A DNA stretch of 64,000 nt from Nitrospirota bacterium. Its GTDB lineage: Bacteria > JACPQY01. Location of the stretch: the NCBI GenBank assembly GCA_016180645.1, contig JACPAV010000020.1:1-64000 (forward strand), read 5' to 3'. Shown piece after piece: positions 29,427 through 39,103 of this stretch (position 1 is its first letter; each line of letters opens with the position of its first letter). The position numbers were made by a program, and so were the translations under genes. The notes beneath the pieces were generated by a model that saw only the letters and a list, made by a program, of their open reading frames with translations, searched no databases and had not been told where the DNA came from.

Positions 29427-30789
29427 GGCTTTGAATGTGTCGGATAATGGATTCAGGCGTGTGTTGCCTCAGCACGCGGTCCGCTTTTGCGGGTGTGACG
29501 AGGACGTCGACGGGGGTACTGAAACCATAGGAATTCACCTCTGTGGGCGGGCCGACGTCCGAGGATCTGGACGCGAGAAGCGCTGTGTTGTCCCCTTCGC
29601 TCGTGGGCCTTGCTAGGCTTCGCGCAAGGCCCACGTCCGGGGACGACGAGCAGAATTGCCATGGGATCATTGCGTCGTGGATGACAGGGCACCATCCCGA
29701 GGGGAGATGACCTTGGGGATCGGAAAACCGCCTCGGGGTTTCAAGAATGATTTCGTCCTGCTCGAGTCCCAGGAACTCGGCGAGTTCAATCTCGGCAGAG
29801 CCGGGATGGGCGGCCAGTTCGAGGAAAGCCTGCTCCCCGGGACGGAGCGATAGCACCGTCCGATAGAGACCTCTCTCGCCGACGCGTGTGCCCCGAACGA
29901 GGGCATCGGCGACCACATTGCCTTGCGTGGCGATCCATGTCTTGCAGTCGTCCGGCGTCTTGCCGCTGAGTGCGCGAAGCACGTCCTCGGGCTCCATGAG
30001 CAGGGCATCGATGGCCTTCTTGATCATCGCCCTGCCCGCACGGACGCAGGGGTGATGATACAACGTGCGGCGAAGGGCCGCGATGTTTTCGCTCCAAAGT
30101 CGCGTGAGGGGGGCAGCAAAATCCAGGACAGTGAGCCGATCGTATGAGTCGGTTGTGACAACGGACGGATAGAGAATGCCTGGAAGCTCGGCGAGGGAGG
30201 CGAGGCCTGCATGGAAGGCACTACGTGGATGGACGTCGGCCTGAACGCATCCCAAGGGGGCAAAGAGACAGTCCGCGAGGAGGGTCGCGGTCTCGCGGCG
30301 GTTCTCGTAGGCGTCGGTTGAGGGCAGGCTGTCAGGGAGTGGGTAGACCAGGTTGGCGAGAGTAAGCGGATCAAGCCCCATCGCCTTGAGCGGTTCGCCG
30401 AGTGTTTGGAGGATGATTTCGCGTCCGGTTCGGGGAATAAGGACTTCGTCCAGGGCTTCGGCGATGAGGTCCAGGAGGGGGCTGGCGGCGAAGGCAATGT
30501 CATGAACGAGCGCAGCCGCGAGGTAGCGAAGCTCGTCTTCAGGGGCCAGGATCTCCGTGATTTCCGGAACGTTGTTCCGGAGCGCGGCGAGCATGGCCTG
30601 AGCCCGTTCCAATGATCCGAGGGCGTGTTCAAAGCGGTCATTCTTGGACCCGGGATAAACCAGGTCCGCGCCGTTCCAGACGGGAGCTCTCCGCAGGCTT
30701 TGGAGCGCTTCGGATTCCACGAGCGGTATGAGAGGGAGCGGAACACGAACGCTCGACAAGGGCTGTTGAATCATGATCCATCGGGGCAT
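29410..30789 (-). CDS. HD-domain protein, divergent SAMHD1/dNTP triphosphohydrolase-like
   Basis: LQSLRR, LVYPG...RFEHALG, AALVHDI, LYHHP.VRA. Confidence 0.7.
   Translation of the reverse strand: MPRWIMIQQPLSSVRVPLPLIPLVESEALQSLRRAPVWNGADLVYPGSKNDRFEHALGSLERAQAMLAALRNNVPEITEILAPEDELRYLAAALVHDIAFAASPLLDLIAEALDEVLIPRTGREIILQTLGEPLKAMGLDPLTLANLVYPLPDSLPSTDAYENRRETATLLADCLFAPLGCVQADVHPRSAFHAGLASLAELPGILYPSVVTTDSYDRLTVLDFAAPLTRLWSENIAALRRTLYHHPCVRAGRAMIKKAIDALLMEPEDVLRALSGKTPDDCKTWIATQGNVVADALVRGTRVGERGLYRTVLSLRPGEQAFLELAAHPGSAEIELAEFLGLEQDEIILETPRRFSDPQGHLPSGWCPVIHDAMIPWQFCSSSPDVGLARSLARPTSEGDNTALLASRSSDVGPPTEVNSYGFSTPVDVLVTPAKADRVLRQHTPESIIRHIQSHAVPA
29592..29678 (-). repeat. Family-A unit with an internal CGTGGGCCTTGC..GCAAGGCCCACG hairpin, in frame in the HD gene
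   Basis: 87 bp = 57 + 30. Confidence 0.75.
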
Positions 30790-30796
30790 GGGGCAC

Positions 30797-33763
30797 CTAC
30801 TGGATCGTGAATTCTTTCGTGTGGGGACACGCGCCGGATAGCGACGTGTCCGGATTGCTCCAGTTGCCGCCGCGGTCGCGGACCGATACGAGGATACGCC
30901 AAGCGCCGCTTGGATCGGGTGGCCGTGGCGAATCCGGAAGTGGCACGGAGGCGGTCTTGGAGGAATCGCACACATGGAGGAGGTCGATCCATTCACGAAG
31001 GGAGGAAGGCAGCTGGGAAATGTTTTTCATGTCGCATTCGGGCGCATTCTGCACGCAGATGGCGATGCCTTTGCCTTGATACAGGATGTCCTGGCCTTCG
31101 CATGGAGTGTAGGGGGTTGACGAGCTGAGTGAGGAGACAGGGTAAAGGCTGGTCCACAAGGGGGAGAAGCTGCCGGAGCCTGCGTGGCACCCGTAGGTAG
31201 CGCCACAGTTGGACGGATCTGCGGGACTCAGGGCGAATTCGCCGAGGGGGATGCGATTCTCGCTCGTTCCGCACTTGCCCGCCGGCGGAGTCGAGGCTCG
31301 TTCCAAATAGACGGTTGCTCGATCGACGTCGGAGACGTGATCGAAGGCGACAACGTCGAGTCCAAGCTTGAGTGTTCCCGCCGAAAAGGAGGGGATACCG
31401 TTCGCGCTGAAGAGGGCCATTCGAACCTCTGGAGTGCTGGTATCCTGAGATCCGGACCCAGAAAGGTTATCCGTGAGGACCAGACGCCTGACGGTGAGGA
31501 AGTTGCCGGACGTGTCGACGGCCTCAACTGAAAGCAGGGCGCGGCAGGGGGCGCTCGGGCAGGATGGAATCATGGGATATCCGATGGGGCCCATGCTCCA
31601 GTGGCCATAGTAACCCCAGGCGTCCTCGAGGGTGTTGCGCCACGTGTCGGCCGGAGTGCGGGAAAGGTCCCTGGGGCAGTAGGTGGAGGGGAGTCCATCC
31701 TGCCAGACGGTGACGCCTTGGCGTCCGGGCTGGAGGCTTTCGATCTTGAGGCACCAGCGGTAAAGATCAATGCCTCTGTCATCCTGGAGCGCCGGGAGGG
31801 GGACCCCGGAAATCAGATTGCCGGTGTACCTGGGGTCCCCGCTGAGGAGGAGTTGCGGAGGTGTTTCGTCAACGACCACGGCGATTGATTTCACGGAAGT
31901 CTTGATGCCCGCGTAGTCGGCGGCTTCGTAGAAGAGAAATCTGGCGCAGCTGGAGCCGTGGCAGAACAGGTCCTCCGGAATACGGTAGAACGGGACAGGC
32001 TTTGTGAAAGATCGAGGGGCGCATTCGGTGGGCGAAATGTCGCCACGGGATCGGTAGCAGCGTTCCGCCTCGGTGTTGGGGGTACAGGAAGCTTGCGGAC
32101 CAGTTGGTGTCACACAATAGGAGAGACGCGATAGATCGTTGGTCTCGGGTGAAGGCGTGCGAACAAAATTGGCTGGGAGGGGGCCGGTGTAGAGGCCGTC
32201 CTTGAGATCGCAATCGAGAAGGATCTGCCCGTCCTCGAACGGAGGGCGTTTCTCCCACGAGGAACCTGACCAGCGCTTGTGGAAAGATCGGCCGGGATTG
32301 CGCACGACGCAGCGGGTGGGCTCGGTGTCGGAGTAAAATCCCCCGCAGTCGGTGGAGCAATTGCCAAGGGTATCGCAGGCCTGGACACAGAGCCCCATGC
32401 TGAGGGCCTTACCTTGCGGTACGCCAAGCGTGATCGACATCTCGAACGATGCCTGGCCGGAATCGTTCGATATCGAGTAGTCGTCCGGTATGCAGTAGAA
32501 GGGATGATCGGCGGACCAATCGTATACCTCAGCGTTCGGCCACACGCAGTAGCTGATGCGTGAGACCCCGACCTGGTCCGACGCGCTGATGAGGATCGGC
32601 ACGGAGGAGCGACCTGAGACGGCCTCACCGAAGGGTCCTGTAAGGAGAAGCCCTGGACCCGACGCGTCGACGGTAACCTTGGCGCGGACGATATCGGATA
32701 GGACGTCATCCACGGTTGCGGCCCGCGCCAGAAGCTCATATGTGCGGGTCTCGCTGAATGCCTGTGGCGGAAGAGCTTGTAGAAAGAGAGTCTCGCTGAC
32801 GGTGGTCATTTGGGTCCAGTCGGACGGTCCGCAGGTCTGTGTGGATGTGGTGACAAAGCAGTACTCCAGCCTGTGGAGCATTTGTCCCTGGGGGGCCGAA
32901 GCCTTGATGGTGATCGGGTGGTTCAGGGAAACAAGATATGCCGGACTCAGGGTGATGATCGGTTTGGGCGCGGACTCCGTCGCTGGGGGCAGGGTATCGC
33001 GAGCTGGAGCATCTGGATCGGAATTTGTAATGGTCTGAGCAGCGGGGGCTGGGAAGGGTTCAGCGTTCGAGGTTTGTGCGGCTACCGAAGCATCGCTATG
33101 GGACGCAGCCTGCATCCACGTGAGGACTGATTTGAGGCCGGCGTCGTTGACGGCGTAGAACGCAAGCCAAGTGGCGCAGTTGTTGCCCCCTGCGCTACGC
33201 TCCGGGGACGACGAATGGAAGGTCAATGGGGTCTTTGCGTCGCAGGGAGCGGTTGCACGTCGGGCCGCCGCCTGGATCTGTCCCAGTGAGATTTGGGTGG
33301 TTCGGCGCGGCGGGAGTCCGTTCAGGGCTTCTCTGATCGGAGTATGGCACGTAGCGGTTTCTATGGATGCTGTCACATCGGAACACCAGACGATTTCGCG
33401 GAGGCCGGAATCAGGGTCTTCGGCGTGCAGCAGGAATTGGAGGCCGTTCGCAAGGGACGTCTTGGTAATCTGTGTGAGGGGAGGGGTGGAATCGGTGACA
33501 ACCGCACCCTCGGATGAAACGACGGTTGGTTCGGATGGATCCTCCTCCAAGCACGAGTAGGACGATAGGGTAGCAACCGTAAGGGCAAGGATGTACAGGA
33601 TGCCACGTGCAGGACGCGCAAACGGTGCCGGCAAGGGCGAGGAGCCTACTCCGCCGAAGAAGTCAGTTCGGCTGCGAAGGGTGGATGGCCGACCCGGCCC
33701 GGCGCCGATTGTGTGTCGCCCGTTTCCAAGGCTAATGGGTGTCATGTTCATTTCTATACGCAA
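30797..33763 (-). CDS. Large Cys-rich Ig-like-domain lipoprotein (start uncertain)
   Basis: Lipobox-like SSYSC; repeated D..PP / D.SG..Y/W.C / A.D.AG motifs. Confidence 0.7.
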   Translation of the reverse strand: MRIEMNMTPISLGNGRHTIGAGPGRPSTLRSRTDFFGGVGSSPLPAPFARPARGILYILALTVATLSSYSCLEEDPSEPTVVSSEGAVVTDSTPPLTQITKTSLANGLQFLLHAEDPDSGLREIVWCSDVTASIETATCHTPIREALNGLPPRRTTQISLGQIQAAARRATAPCDAKTPLTFHSSSPERSAGGNNCATWLAFYAVNDAGLKSVLTWMQAASHSDASVAAQTSNAEPFPAPAAQTITNSDPDAPARDTLPPATESAPKPIITLSPAYLVSLNHPITIKASAPQGQMLHRLEYCFVTTSTQTCGPSDWTQMTTVSETLFLQALPPQAFSETRTYELLARAATVDDVLSDIVRAKVTVDASGPGLLLTGPFGEAVSGRSSVPILISASDQVGVSRISYCVWPNAEVYDWSADHPFYCIPDDYSISNDSGQASFEMSITLGVPQGKALSMGLCVQACDTLGNCSTDCGGFYSDTEPTRCVVRNPGRSFHKRWSGSSWEKRPPFEDGQILLDCDLKDGLYTGPLPANFVRTPSPETNDLSRLSYCVTPTGPQASCTPNTEAERCYRSRGDISPTECAPRSFTKPVPFYRIPEDLFCHGSSCARFLFYEAADYAGIKTSVKSIAVVVDETPPQLLLSGDPRYTGNLISGVPLPALQDDRGIDLYRWCLKIESLQPGRQGVTVWQDGLPSTYCPRDLSRTPADTWRNTLEDAWGYYGHWSMGPIGYPMIPSCPSAPCRALLSVEAVDTSGNFLTVRRLVLTDNLSGSGSQDTSTPEVRMALFSANGIPSFSAGTLKLGLDVVAFDHVSDVDRATVYLERASTPPAGKCGTSENRIPLGEFALSPADPSNCGATYGCHAGSGSFSPLWTSLYPVSSLSSSTPYTPCEGQDILYQGKGIAICVQNAPECDMKNISQLPSSLREWIDLLHVCDSSKTASVPLPDSPRPPDPSGAWRILVSVRDRGGNWSNPDTSLSGACPHTKEFTIQ
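33187..33243 (-). repeat. 57-bp family-A unit in frame in the Ig-like lipoprotein
   Basis: Encodes DAKTPLTFHSSSPERSAG. Confidence 0.85.
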
Positions 33764-33868
33764 GGCGTGCCAGACTCATTGACTTAACTCCTTACCCCGA
33801 CTTGACATATCGCACGGTTGAACTGCGCGATCCTCCGAGTTTGTTTCAGCCGAAACAAGGGCAGGAGA

Positions 33869-34168
33869 TTAGGGGCCGTAGATCCATCCAGAGCGCCGAT
33901 AGTTGGGCCAGCCGGGGACGGGGAAGCCCCACCTCCACTTGAGATGCGCAAAATAGCCCGGTGGTTTCCCTTTCCTGGCCTTCCTTCGGAAAAGACCCAC
34001 GACGATCCCCACGAGGAGGCCGATGGGAAACGCGACATAGACGCCGAGGAGTTGCATGGTGATGAGGCTGCCGAGGGCGGTGGCGATCGCCATCGGTTTT
34101 ACATCGGACTTGTCGAGCCCGAGGATGGAAACGGGTTGATCGACGAGAGTGTGAACCTTTCGGGGCAT
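33869..34168 (-). CDS. traL: TraL-like conjugative transfer protein
   Basis: DQPVSILGLD, a transmembrane segment and KGKPPGYFAHL.W match the TraL pattern. Confidence 0.65.
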   Translation of the reverse strand: MPRKVHTLVDQPVSILGLDKSDVKPMAIATALGSLITMQLLGVYVAFPIGLLVGIVVGLFRRKARKGKPPGYFAHLKWRWGFPVPGWPNYRRSGWIYGP

Positions 34169-34174
34169 GATTCC

Positions 34175-35779
34175 CTACCTTCGTGCGATGGAAATGCCGG
34201 TTCGCACGGCTTGGAACGTGGTTCGGCCTGCACCGAGACCCTTTTGGTAGGCTGCTCGACCTGCGCCCATCCCCTTGGAGACGACCGTGCCGGAAACGCC
34301 GGATGCACCCGATGCCACCTTGTGTGTCTGATGGAAACTCCGGATGGCGGCGATACTCGGCGCAAGCAGAATATCGAAGATGACGAAGCAGGCGAGAACG
34401 GGAAGCCCGTACAAAAGAGCGAACTGGGCAAACTGAAGGGCGAACTGGGTGACGAAGAGGTCCTCAAACATCGCGCCGCGGAAGGCGCCAAGGTCCATGG
34501 AAGAACCGGAGGAATAGAGCGCATTGACGATAATGGAGCCGCTATCGTGCGTAAGATCGGGGCGATCGAGAAAGGCGGTCATCATTTTCCAGCTCAGTCC
34601 CTGAAAGGACGTGACGACGAGGTAGAAATAAGGGAGGGACCTCACGACAAACGCCAGGCCGAAAAAGCCGAGGTAGGCACGCCAGCCGATGATCGGGACA
34701 AAAGAAAGGAGCATCGTAAGGGGAAACGCGAGCGCCAGGACCAGGTTCATGACTCCGTTGACGAGTGAAAATACGTACGGGCCCACGGCGTCTGCAACGT
34801 AGGTCTTGACGAGGATCCCAAGGCCATAGAGGAAGCCCATGACGATGTACTGAGTAGATTGTGCGGCCGCTATCTTGGTGAAGCCCTTGACGCGATCGAT
34901 CACGCCATCCGTTCCCGTGAAGGCGTCAAACGCGGAAGCCTCCTGGCGGAGGTGGGCGAGCTCGATTTGGGTGCGTAGCGAGGATTCGGCCCAGAGTCGG
35001 CCGGCGCCGTGAAGAGCTCTGTTTTGCGTGAGGCCGAGATCCTGGAGGGACTTCTCGGCGAGGGTGTCGACGTTTTGGAGGCGCTGCTTGCAGGTCTCGC
35101 TGAGATTCGACCTGTTTTGCGTGTCGGCGTACTCGACCCCGCAGGTTTCGAGGAATTCATCGACCGCGTCCTGGATGGCAGGGGAAGTGAATTTTGCGTT
35201 GACGGCAGCGGAGATCCGGGTCATGTGGGCCGGGACGTCGCCTAAGGTCTTCTGCATAGCGTCCGCGGTGGCGGTCGTGATGCCGGACCAGAAGGAGTCG
35301 GTGAGCGAGAGAATGAGCCAGTAGGGGCGAGGAACGTAGACGATGTCTTGGTCACCGGTGGAAGCAAGCCGATACTTCCCTTCGGCAATCCATTGCCAGG
35401 GAAGATTGGTTGTGGGCTGCGGTGCCGTCCCTTCCGCTCCGCTCCACGGACGACGCGATGAAGAATCATGAGGTCCTTGCGTCGTAGCGGCTCCCGTCTT
35501 GGGGCCGGCATCCGGGTAGATCCTGGGAAAAGCATTCATGGAGAGAGGCGCCGGAAGGGCGATGCAGGACAGAAGGATCAGCCACGGAATGGACGTCGAG
35601 AGGATCCGGGGGGTCCGGGCGAAGTACAGACGGACGATGAGGACGAGGACGGTAACAAGGGTCGTGGCTTGGGCCAGGCTGAGAAGAAGACGGCTCTTGG
35701 TGAGGAGGGATAGGCTCTGTTCAAGGATGAGAGCTCCTTTCCAGGCCAGCTGCTGGTCGAGGAACGTCAGGGTGACCAT
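34175..35779 (-). CDS. TraG_N/VirB6-like polytopic membrane protein, copy 1
   Basis: N-terminal TMs, VPRPY, EFLETC..C, LAFPL cluster; T4SS context. Confidence 0.6.
   Translation of the reverse strand: MVTLTFLDQQLAWKGALILEQSLSLLTKSRLLLSLAQATTLVTVLVLIVRLYFARTPRILSTSIPWLILLSCIALPAPLSMNAFPRIYPDAGPKTGAATTQGPHDSSSRRPWSGAEGTAPQPTTNLPWQWIAEGKYRLASTGDQDIVYVPRPYWLILSLTDSFWSGITTATADAMQKTLGDVPAHMTRISAAVNAKFTSPAIQDAVDEFLETCGVEYADTQNRSNLSETCKQRLQNVDTLAEKSLQDLGLTQNRALHGAGRLWAESSLRTQIELAHLRQEASAFDAFTGTDGVIDRVKGFTKIAAAQSTQYIVMGFLYGLGILVKTYVADAVGPYVFSLVNGVMNLVLALAFPLTMLLSFVPIIGWRAYLGFFGLAFVVRSLPYFYLVVTSFQGLSWKMMTAFLDRPDLTHDSGSIIVNALYSSGSSMDLGAFRGAMFEDLFVTQFALQFAQFALLYGLPVLACFVIFDILLAPSIAAIRSFHQTHKVASGASGVSGTVVSKGMGAGRAAYQKGLGAGRTTFQAVRTGISIARR
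35429..35485 (-). repeat. 57-bp family-A unit in frame in TraG_N copy 1
   Basis: TTQGPHDSSSRRPWSGAEG. Confidence 0.85.
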
Positions 35780-35784
35780 GGGGC

Positions 35785-35910
35785 CCCCTCCGCTCGTGGG
35801 CCTTGCTTGGCTCCCGCCTTCGCGAAGCCCGCTCCGGTGGGCGTAGGAAGGTCGCGCAAGGCCCACGTCCGGGGACGATGAGTGGAAAGATCATAAGGTC
35901 TTGGCATCGC
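35785..35910 (-). repeat. Intergenic family-A unit with a nested hairpin that itself carries a GCTCCCGCCTTCGCGAAGCCCGCT module
   Basis: 126 bp = 57 + 69; the inner module is also seen reversed at ~48007-48039. Confidence 0.75.
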
Positions 35911-37265
35911 TACACTCTGGCGTCCAGGAATCCGCTGAAGAGCATACGAGTGATGCGGAAACTCCAGCGGGGGAGGCCCTTGAGCGCGAAGAGGCTCCCG
36001 ATATAGAAAATGTTGCGAAGCGTATCGATGTCGACGGAGTGGGATTCGTTGAAGACCGTGGAGGCGGCCTGCAGGCCGCTGAGGAGCGGGTCATGGATAT
36101 CGGCGGCCATGTTGGAGCTGAAACTGCCGAGCAGGGAGTCGATGACATGAAAGAGAAAGACGTAGATGGGCCAGCTGCGTGCCCAAAAGAGAAACATGGC
36201 GTAGCGGATGACCGTCGAGTAGTTGGTCGTTGTCAGGGTGACGATGGCAAACACAGGGTAAAGGAGGAGAATAACGAAGGAGATACCGCCCCCGATGGCG
36301 GTCATAAGGGGAAGACCGAAAAGGTGTATCACGATTTTTGAAACCCAGCCGAGGGCACTGGTGATGAGGGAGATCACGCCGCCCCCCTTGTCCACCAGGA
36401 GGCTGGTCGATTGCTCCCAGGTTTCGACCTCCTCTTCGGCCCACATCTGCATTTGTTTCTTGGCCAGGCCTTCCTTGTTAAGACCAGCGGCGGCAACGAG
36501 CTGGTCGGGTAGAGTCATGCCGACCTGCTCCCTGGCTTTTTGAAGCATCTCTTTCTGAAGGAGATCTTTCGCATCCTTGCACGACATGTGATTGACGTCG
36601 GCAGTCGACGGACCCGGCGACGCGGGGATTCCATAACGATTCTGTTCGTCGTCCCCGGAGCGAAGCGGAGGGGGCGCGGGCAGATGGCTGAGGGCCTGGT
36701 CAAGCGTCTCGCCGCCTCCGAGATATGGAGCGGCCGAGGCAAAACAGTGGTCGAGCCAAGACCGAAGATCCTGCCGCAGGCGGGGATCGGGCAGCGCGGA
36801 CGCCGCCATGAGGTAGGATTGTCTGGCGTTCAGGAATGGGGCCTCCCGAAAGGTCCCCTTCACGCCATAATCGGCCGCAGCGACGGTGAAGGTGACAAGA
36901 GAGTCAACGATGGTGACCGGAAGAGCCAGAAGGAGGGGTACGGGCGCAGATGCCCGCACGTTGATTCCTTGGTAGAAATTCACTGCCGACGGTCCGGCAA
37001 CGGTGAATTCCTTGATCCTCACATTGACCGGCATGAAGAGGAGGGCGCCCAGGAAGAGCTTGAGCACGACCTGCGGAAAGGAAAGGTAGTCGCCCTGAAA
37101 GAGGATTCTGAAGACCATATAGGCGATCAGGACCAAGGAGACGGCCGCGGCCAGAGAGGGAATGAGACCCTTCCCGAAAGGACCGAGGGCCGCCGTGACG
37201 GCCCGGAAGGCCATGTCGGTCAGGAGAGAGTCCAGCCTGGTGAGGGATTGAACGGTGAAGGTCAC
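35910..37265 (-). CDS. TraG_N/VirB6-like membrane protein, copy 2
   Basis: VPLLLALP, WLDHCF..C, LLYPV, LFWARSWP. Confidence 0.65.
   Translation of the reverse strand: MTFTVQSLTRLDSLLTDMAFRAVTAALGPFGKGLIPSLAAAVSLVLIAYMVFRILFQGDYLSFPQVVLKLFLGALLFMPVNVRIKEFTVAGPSAVNFYQGINVRASAPVPLLLALPVTIVDSLVTFTVAAADYGVKGTFREAPFLNARQSYLMAASALPDPRLRQDLRSWLDHCFASAAPYLGGGETLDQALSHLPAPPPLRSGDDEQNRYGIPASPGPSTADVNHMSCKDAKDLLQKEMLQKAREQVGMTLPDQLVAAAGLNKEGLAKKQMQMWAEEEVETWEQSTSLLVDKGGGVISLITSALGWVSKIVIHLFGLPLMTAIGGGISFVILLLYPVFAIVTLTTTNYSTVIRYAMFLFWARSWPIYVFLFHVIDSLLGSFSSNMAADIHDPLLSGLQAASTVFNESHSVDIDTLRNIFYIGSLFALKGLPRWSFRITRMLFSGFLDARV
36617..36673 (+). repeat. 57-bp family-A unit in frame in TraG_N copy 2
   Basis: Encodes PLRSGDDEQNRYGIPAS on the minus strand. 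Confidence 0.85.
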
Positions 37266-37375
37266 CCCGCACCTATCCTTTCAAGGTGGCTTCGGATGCC
37301 GAAGATTGTAGCCGAAGACAGCTTCCCCTCACGCGCGATGTCGATTGAGATCCCGTGACGGGATAGGTGCGGGGT
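37264..37375 (-). repeat. Gene-junction element, copy 2 (family B)
   Basis: Perfect 15-bp terminal IR ACCCCGCACCTATCC. Confidence 0.8.
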
Positions 37376-38991
37376 CATGGGTGTTTCGCGAGCACCGAGG
37401 GAGGCGGCTGGGCGCCGGCCTCAAGGAGAACATCGACGGGGCGGATTGCACCATAGCGCACCTGCTCAATCACCCAGGCTTTCTTGGTGCGTTCGTAGGC
37501 GGCCACCTCGTTCAGAAGTTCAACGAGCGCCTGCCTGAAGATGTCATGGTAGTCTGAAAGTTTCCCGACGTTGCCCTCCAGAACGCCAAGATCGGTCTGA
37601 ACGGTCTGGATGAGCGCGCGGAGCTCCTCTTTGGCTCCCGTCTGAAGCTGGAGCGTGTCGTTGGGGACGGACTGGCCGGCGGCTTCGGGAAAGATGTGGG
37701 CGCGGTTGGCGGCCGTGAGAACGGCCTGGGTGCGTCTCAAGACGACGAAATTCGCCAGGTGTTCAGCGACGATGTCTTTGGCGAGAAAACACAAGCGGTC
37801 GAACTCGTCGTTGTGGGTTTCGGCGTTGGCGCGACAGAGCGCGGCTCCATAGTAGGTGAGGGAACCAAGGGGGATTTGACGGGCGTCCGCGAAGGCGCCG
37901 TCGCAGACTCCACCGGGCATGAGGGGGGTGTCGGAGCCGAAGGTTTTGGTCGTGCCGTAGACGGTAAGGCTGAGACCTGAACGACCCCCGGGTACGGAAT
38001 AGAGCTTTTCCAGTTCGGCCCGGGCGCCATCGGGCCCTACAATGGACGGATTGGCGGCGATCCGGTCCACGGTGCGCGTGACTTCCTCCTTGAGGCAGCG
38101 GCGGAGCTCGCGCGTCTTATCGCCAATGGGTGTGCTCGTGGTCTGACCGGCCTCGATGGAGCTTTGCATTGGCCAAAGTTTGCGCCCCCAATTCGCCCAG
38201 ACGTTTCCGGCGATCTTTTCCATGGCTTGGTCCGCAGTGAAAGCGCCGGGGATGCCGAGTTTCTTCCACCAGTCTTCCAATGCAGAGGGGTCGCTGCAGC
38301 CGCCGGCGTCCGCGGCCTGACCTTTGCGAGCGACGCACTCGAGTCGTTTGTTGTAGTCTTTGAGGAAGGGACTGCTGGATCCTTGCGTTTCTTGAGAGAG
38401 CTTGAGGGCTGCAAACTGGGCCATTTGTTGACAATCGGCCATCTGGAAGGAGGCAACCATCGCGCCGATACGTTGCAGCTCGTCGATGGTGGAACCGACC
38501 TTGGGCAGGTGTTTCATGAGATACAGGGAAGCAAAGCCGGCGGTAGCCGGCAGACTGGAGACCACCTGGCGGAGCTGGTCGACGTTGGCGTGCTGGACAA
38601 TGAAATTGTTCACGTCGAATTGGCAACCGTTCATATGAACACCCGGCATCTGCAGACGAAAGAGCTCCGTATTGGATGGCGGCTGATCAGGAGCCCAGTG
38701 CAAATTGAACGTTCGGAGATCCGTGTCCCCCGAGGCGCTTCCCGATCCATACCAAGGGGGCCTTTTGTCGGGGGTGCGACCATAATCAGTCGCGAAGGGT
38801 TCCGCATGGGCCGGAGGAACGGGCGCCACCAAAACGAGAAACGCCGTCGCGAGGCCGAACGAGACGAGAAGGATGCGACGCAAAGACCCCATGGCGAATC
38901 CGATCGTCGTCCCGGTGCCGATCCTCATACCCTTCCGATCACCGTCCCCGGAGGGGGCCGGAGCGAAGCGAAGGGGGCGCGGCGTCTTCAC
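37375..38991 (-). CDS. TraH-like periplasmic conjugation protein (start GTG 38991 or ATG 38892)
   Basis: Signal peptide, FRLQMPG...GCQFD and QMADCQ; located between TraF and TraG as in F-type clusters. Confidence 0.5.
   Translation of the reverse strand: MKTPRPLRFAPAPSGDGDRKGMRIGTGTTIGFAMGSLRRILLVSFGLATAFLVLVAPVPPAHAEPFATDYGRTPDKRPPWYGSGSASGDTDLRTFNLHWAPDQPPSNTELFRLQMPGVHMNGCQFDVNNFIVQHANVDQLRQVVSSLPATAGFASLYLMKHLPKVGSTIDELQRIGAMVASFQMADCQQMAQFAALKLSQETQGSSSPFLKDYNKRLECVARKGQAADAGGCSDPSALEDWWKKLGIPGAFTADQAMEKIAGNVWANWGRKLWPMQSSIEAGQTTSTPIGDKTRELRRCLKEEVTRTVDRIAANPSIVGPDGARAELEKLYSVPGGRSGLSLTVYGTTKTFGSDTPLMPGGVCDGAFADARQIPLGSLTYYGAALCRANAETHNDEFDRLCFLAKDIVAEHLANFVVLRRTQAVLTAANRAHIFPEAAGQSVPNDTLQLQTGAKEELRALIQTVQTDLGVLEGNVGKLSDYHDIFRQALVELLNEVAAYERTKKAWVIEQVRYGAIRPVDVLLEAGAQPPPSVLAKHP
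38875..38976 (+). repeat. Family-A unit with a 45-bp insert, overlapping the traH-like 5' end
   Basis: 102 bp = 57 + 45; the same insert is present within 46512-46670. Confidence 0.75.
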
Positions 38992-39103
38992 CCCGCACCT
39001 ATTCTTTCGTCTGTCTGAGGCGTGGCAAAGACAGGTGCCGATAGGCGGCTTTGCCTCCGACACGATCCCACCCGGCGCGCTTCTTTCGGAATAGGTGCGG
39101 GGT
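38990..39103 (-). repeat. Gene-junction element, copy 3 (family B)
   Basis: Terminal IR ACCCCGCACCTATTC / GAATAGGTGCGGGGT. Confidence 0.8.

Noticed and set aside
33759-33772. Sigma54 promoter TGGCACGCCTTGC
   Set aside because: GG-to-GC spacing is 8, not 10.
19551-39103. Integron attC sites
   Set aside because: No RYYYAAC/GTTRRRY cores and no integron integrase.
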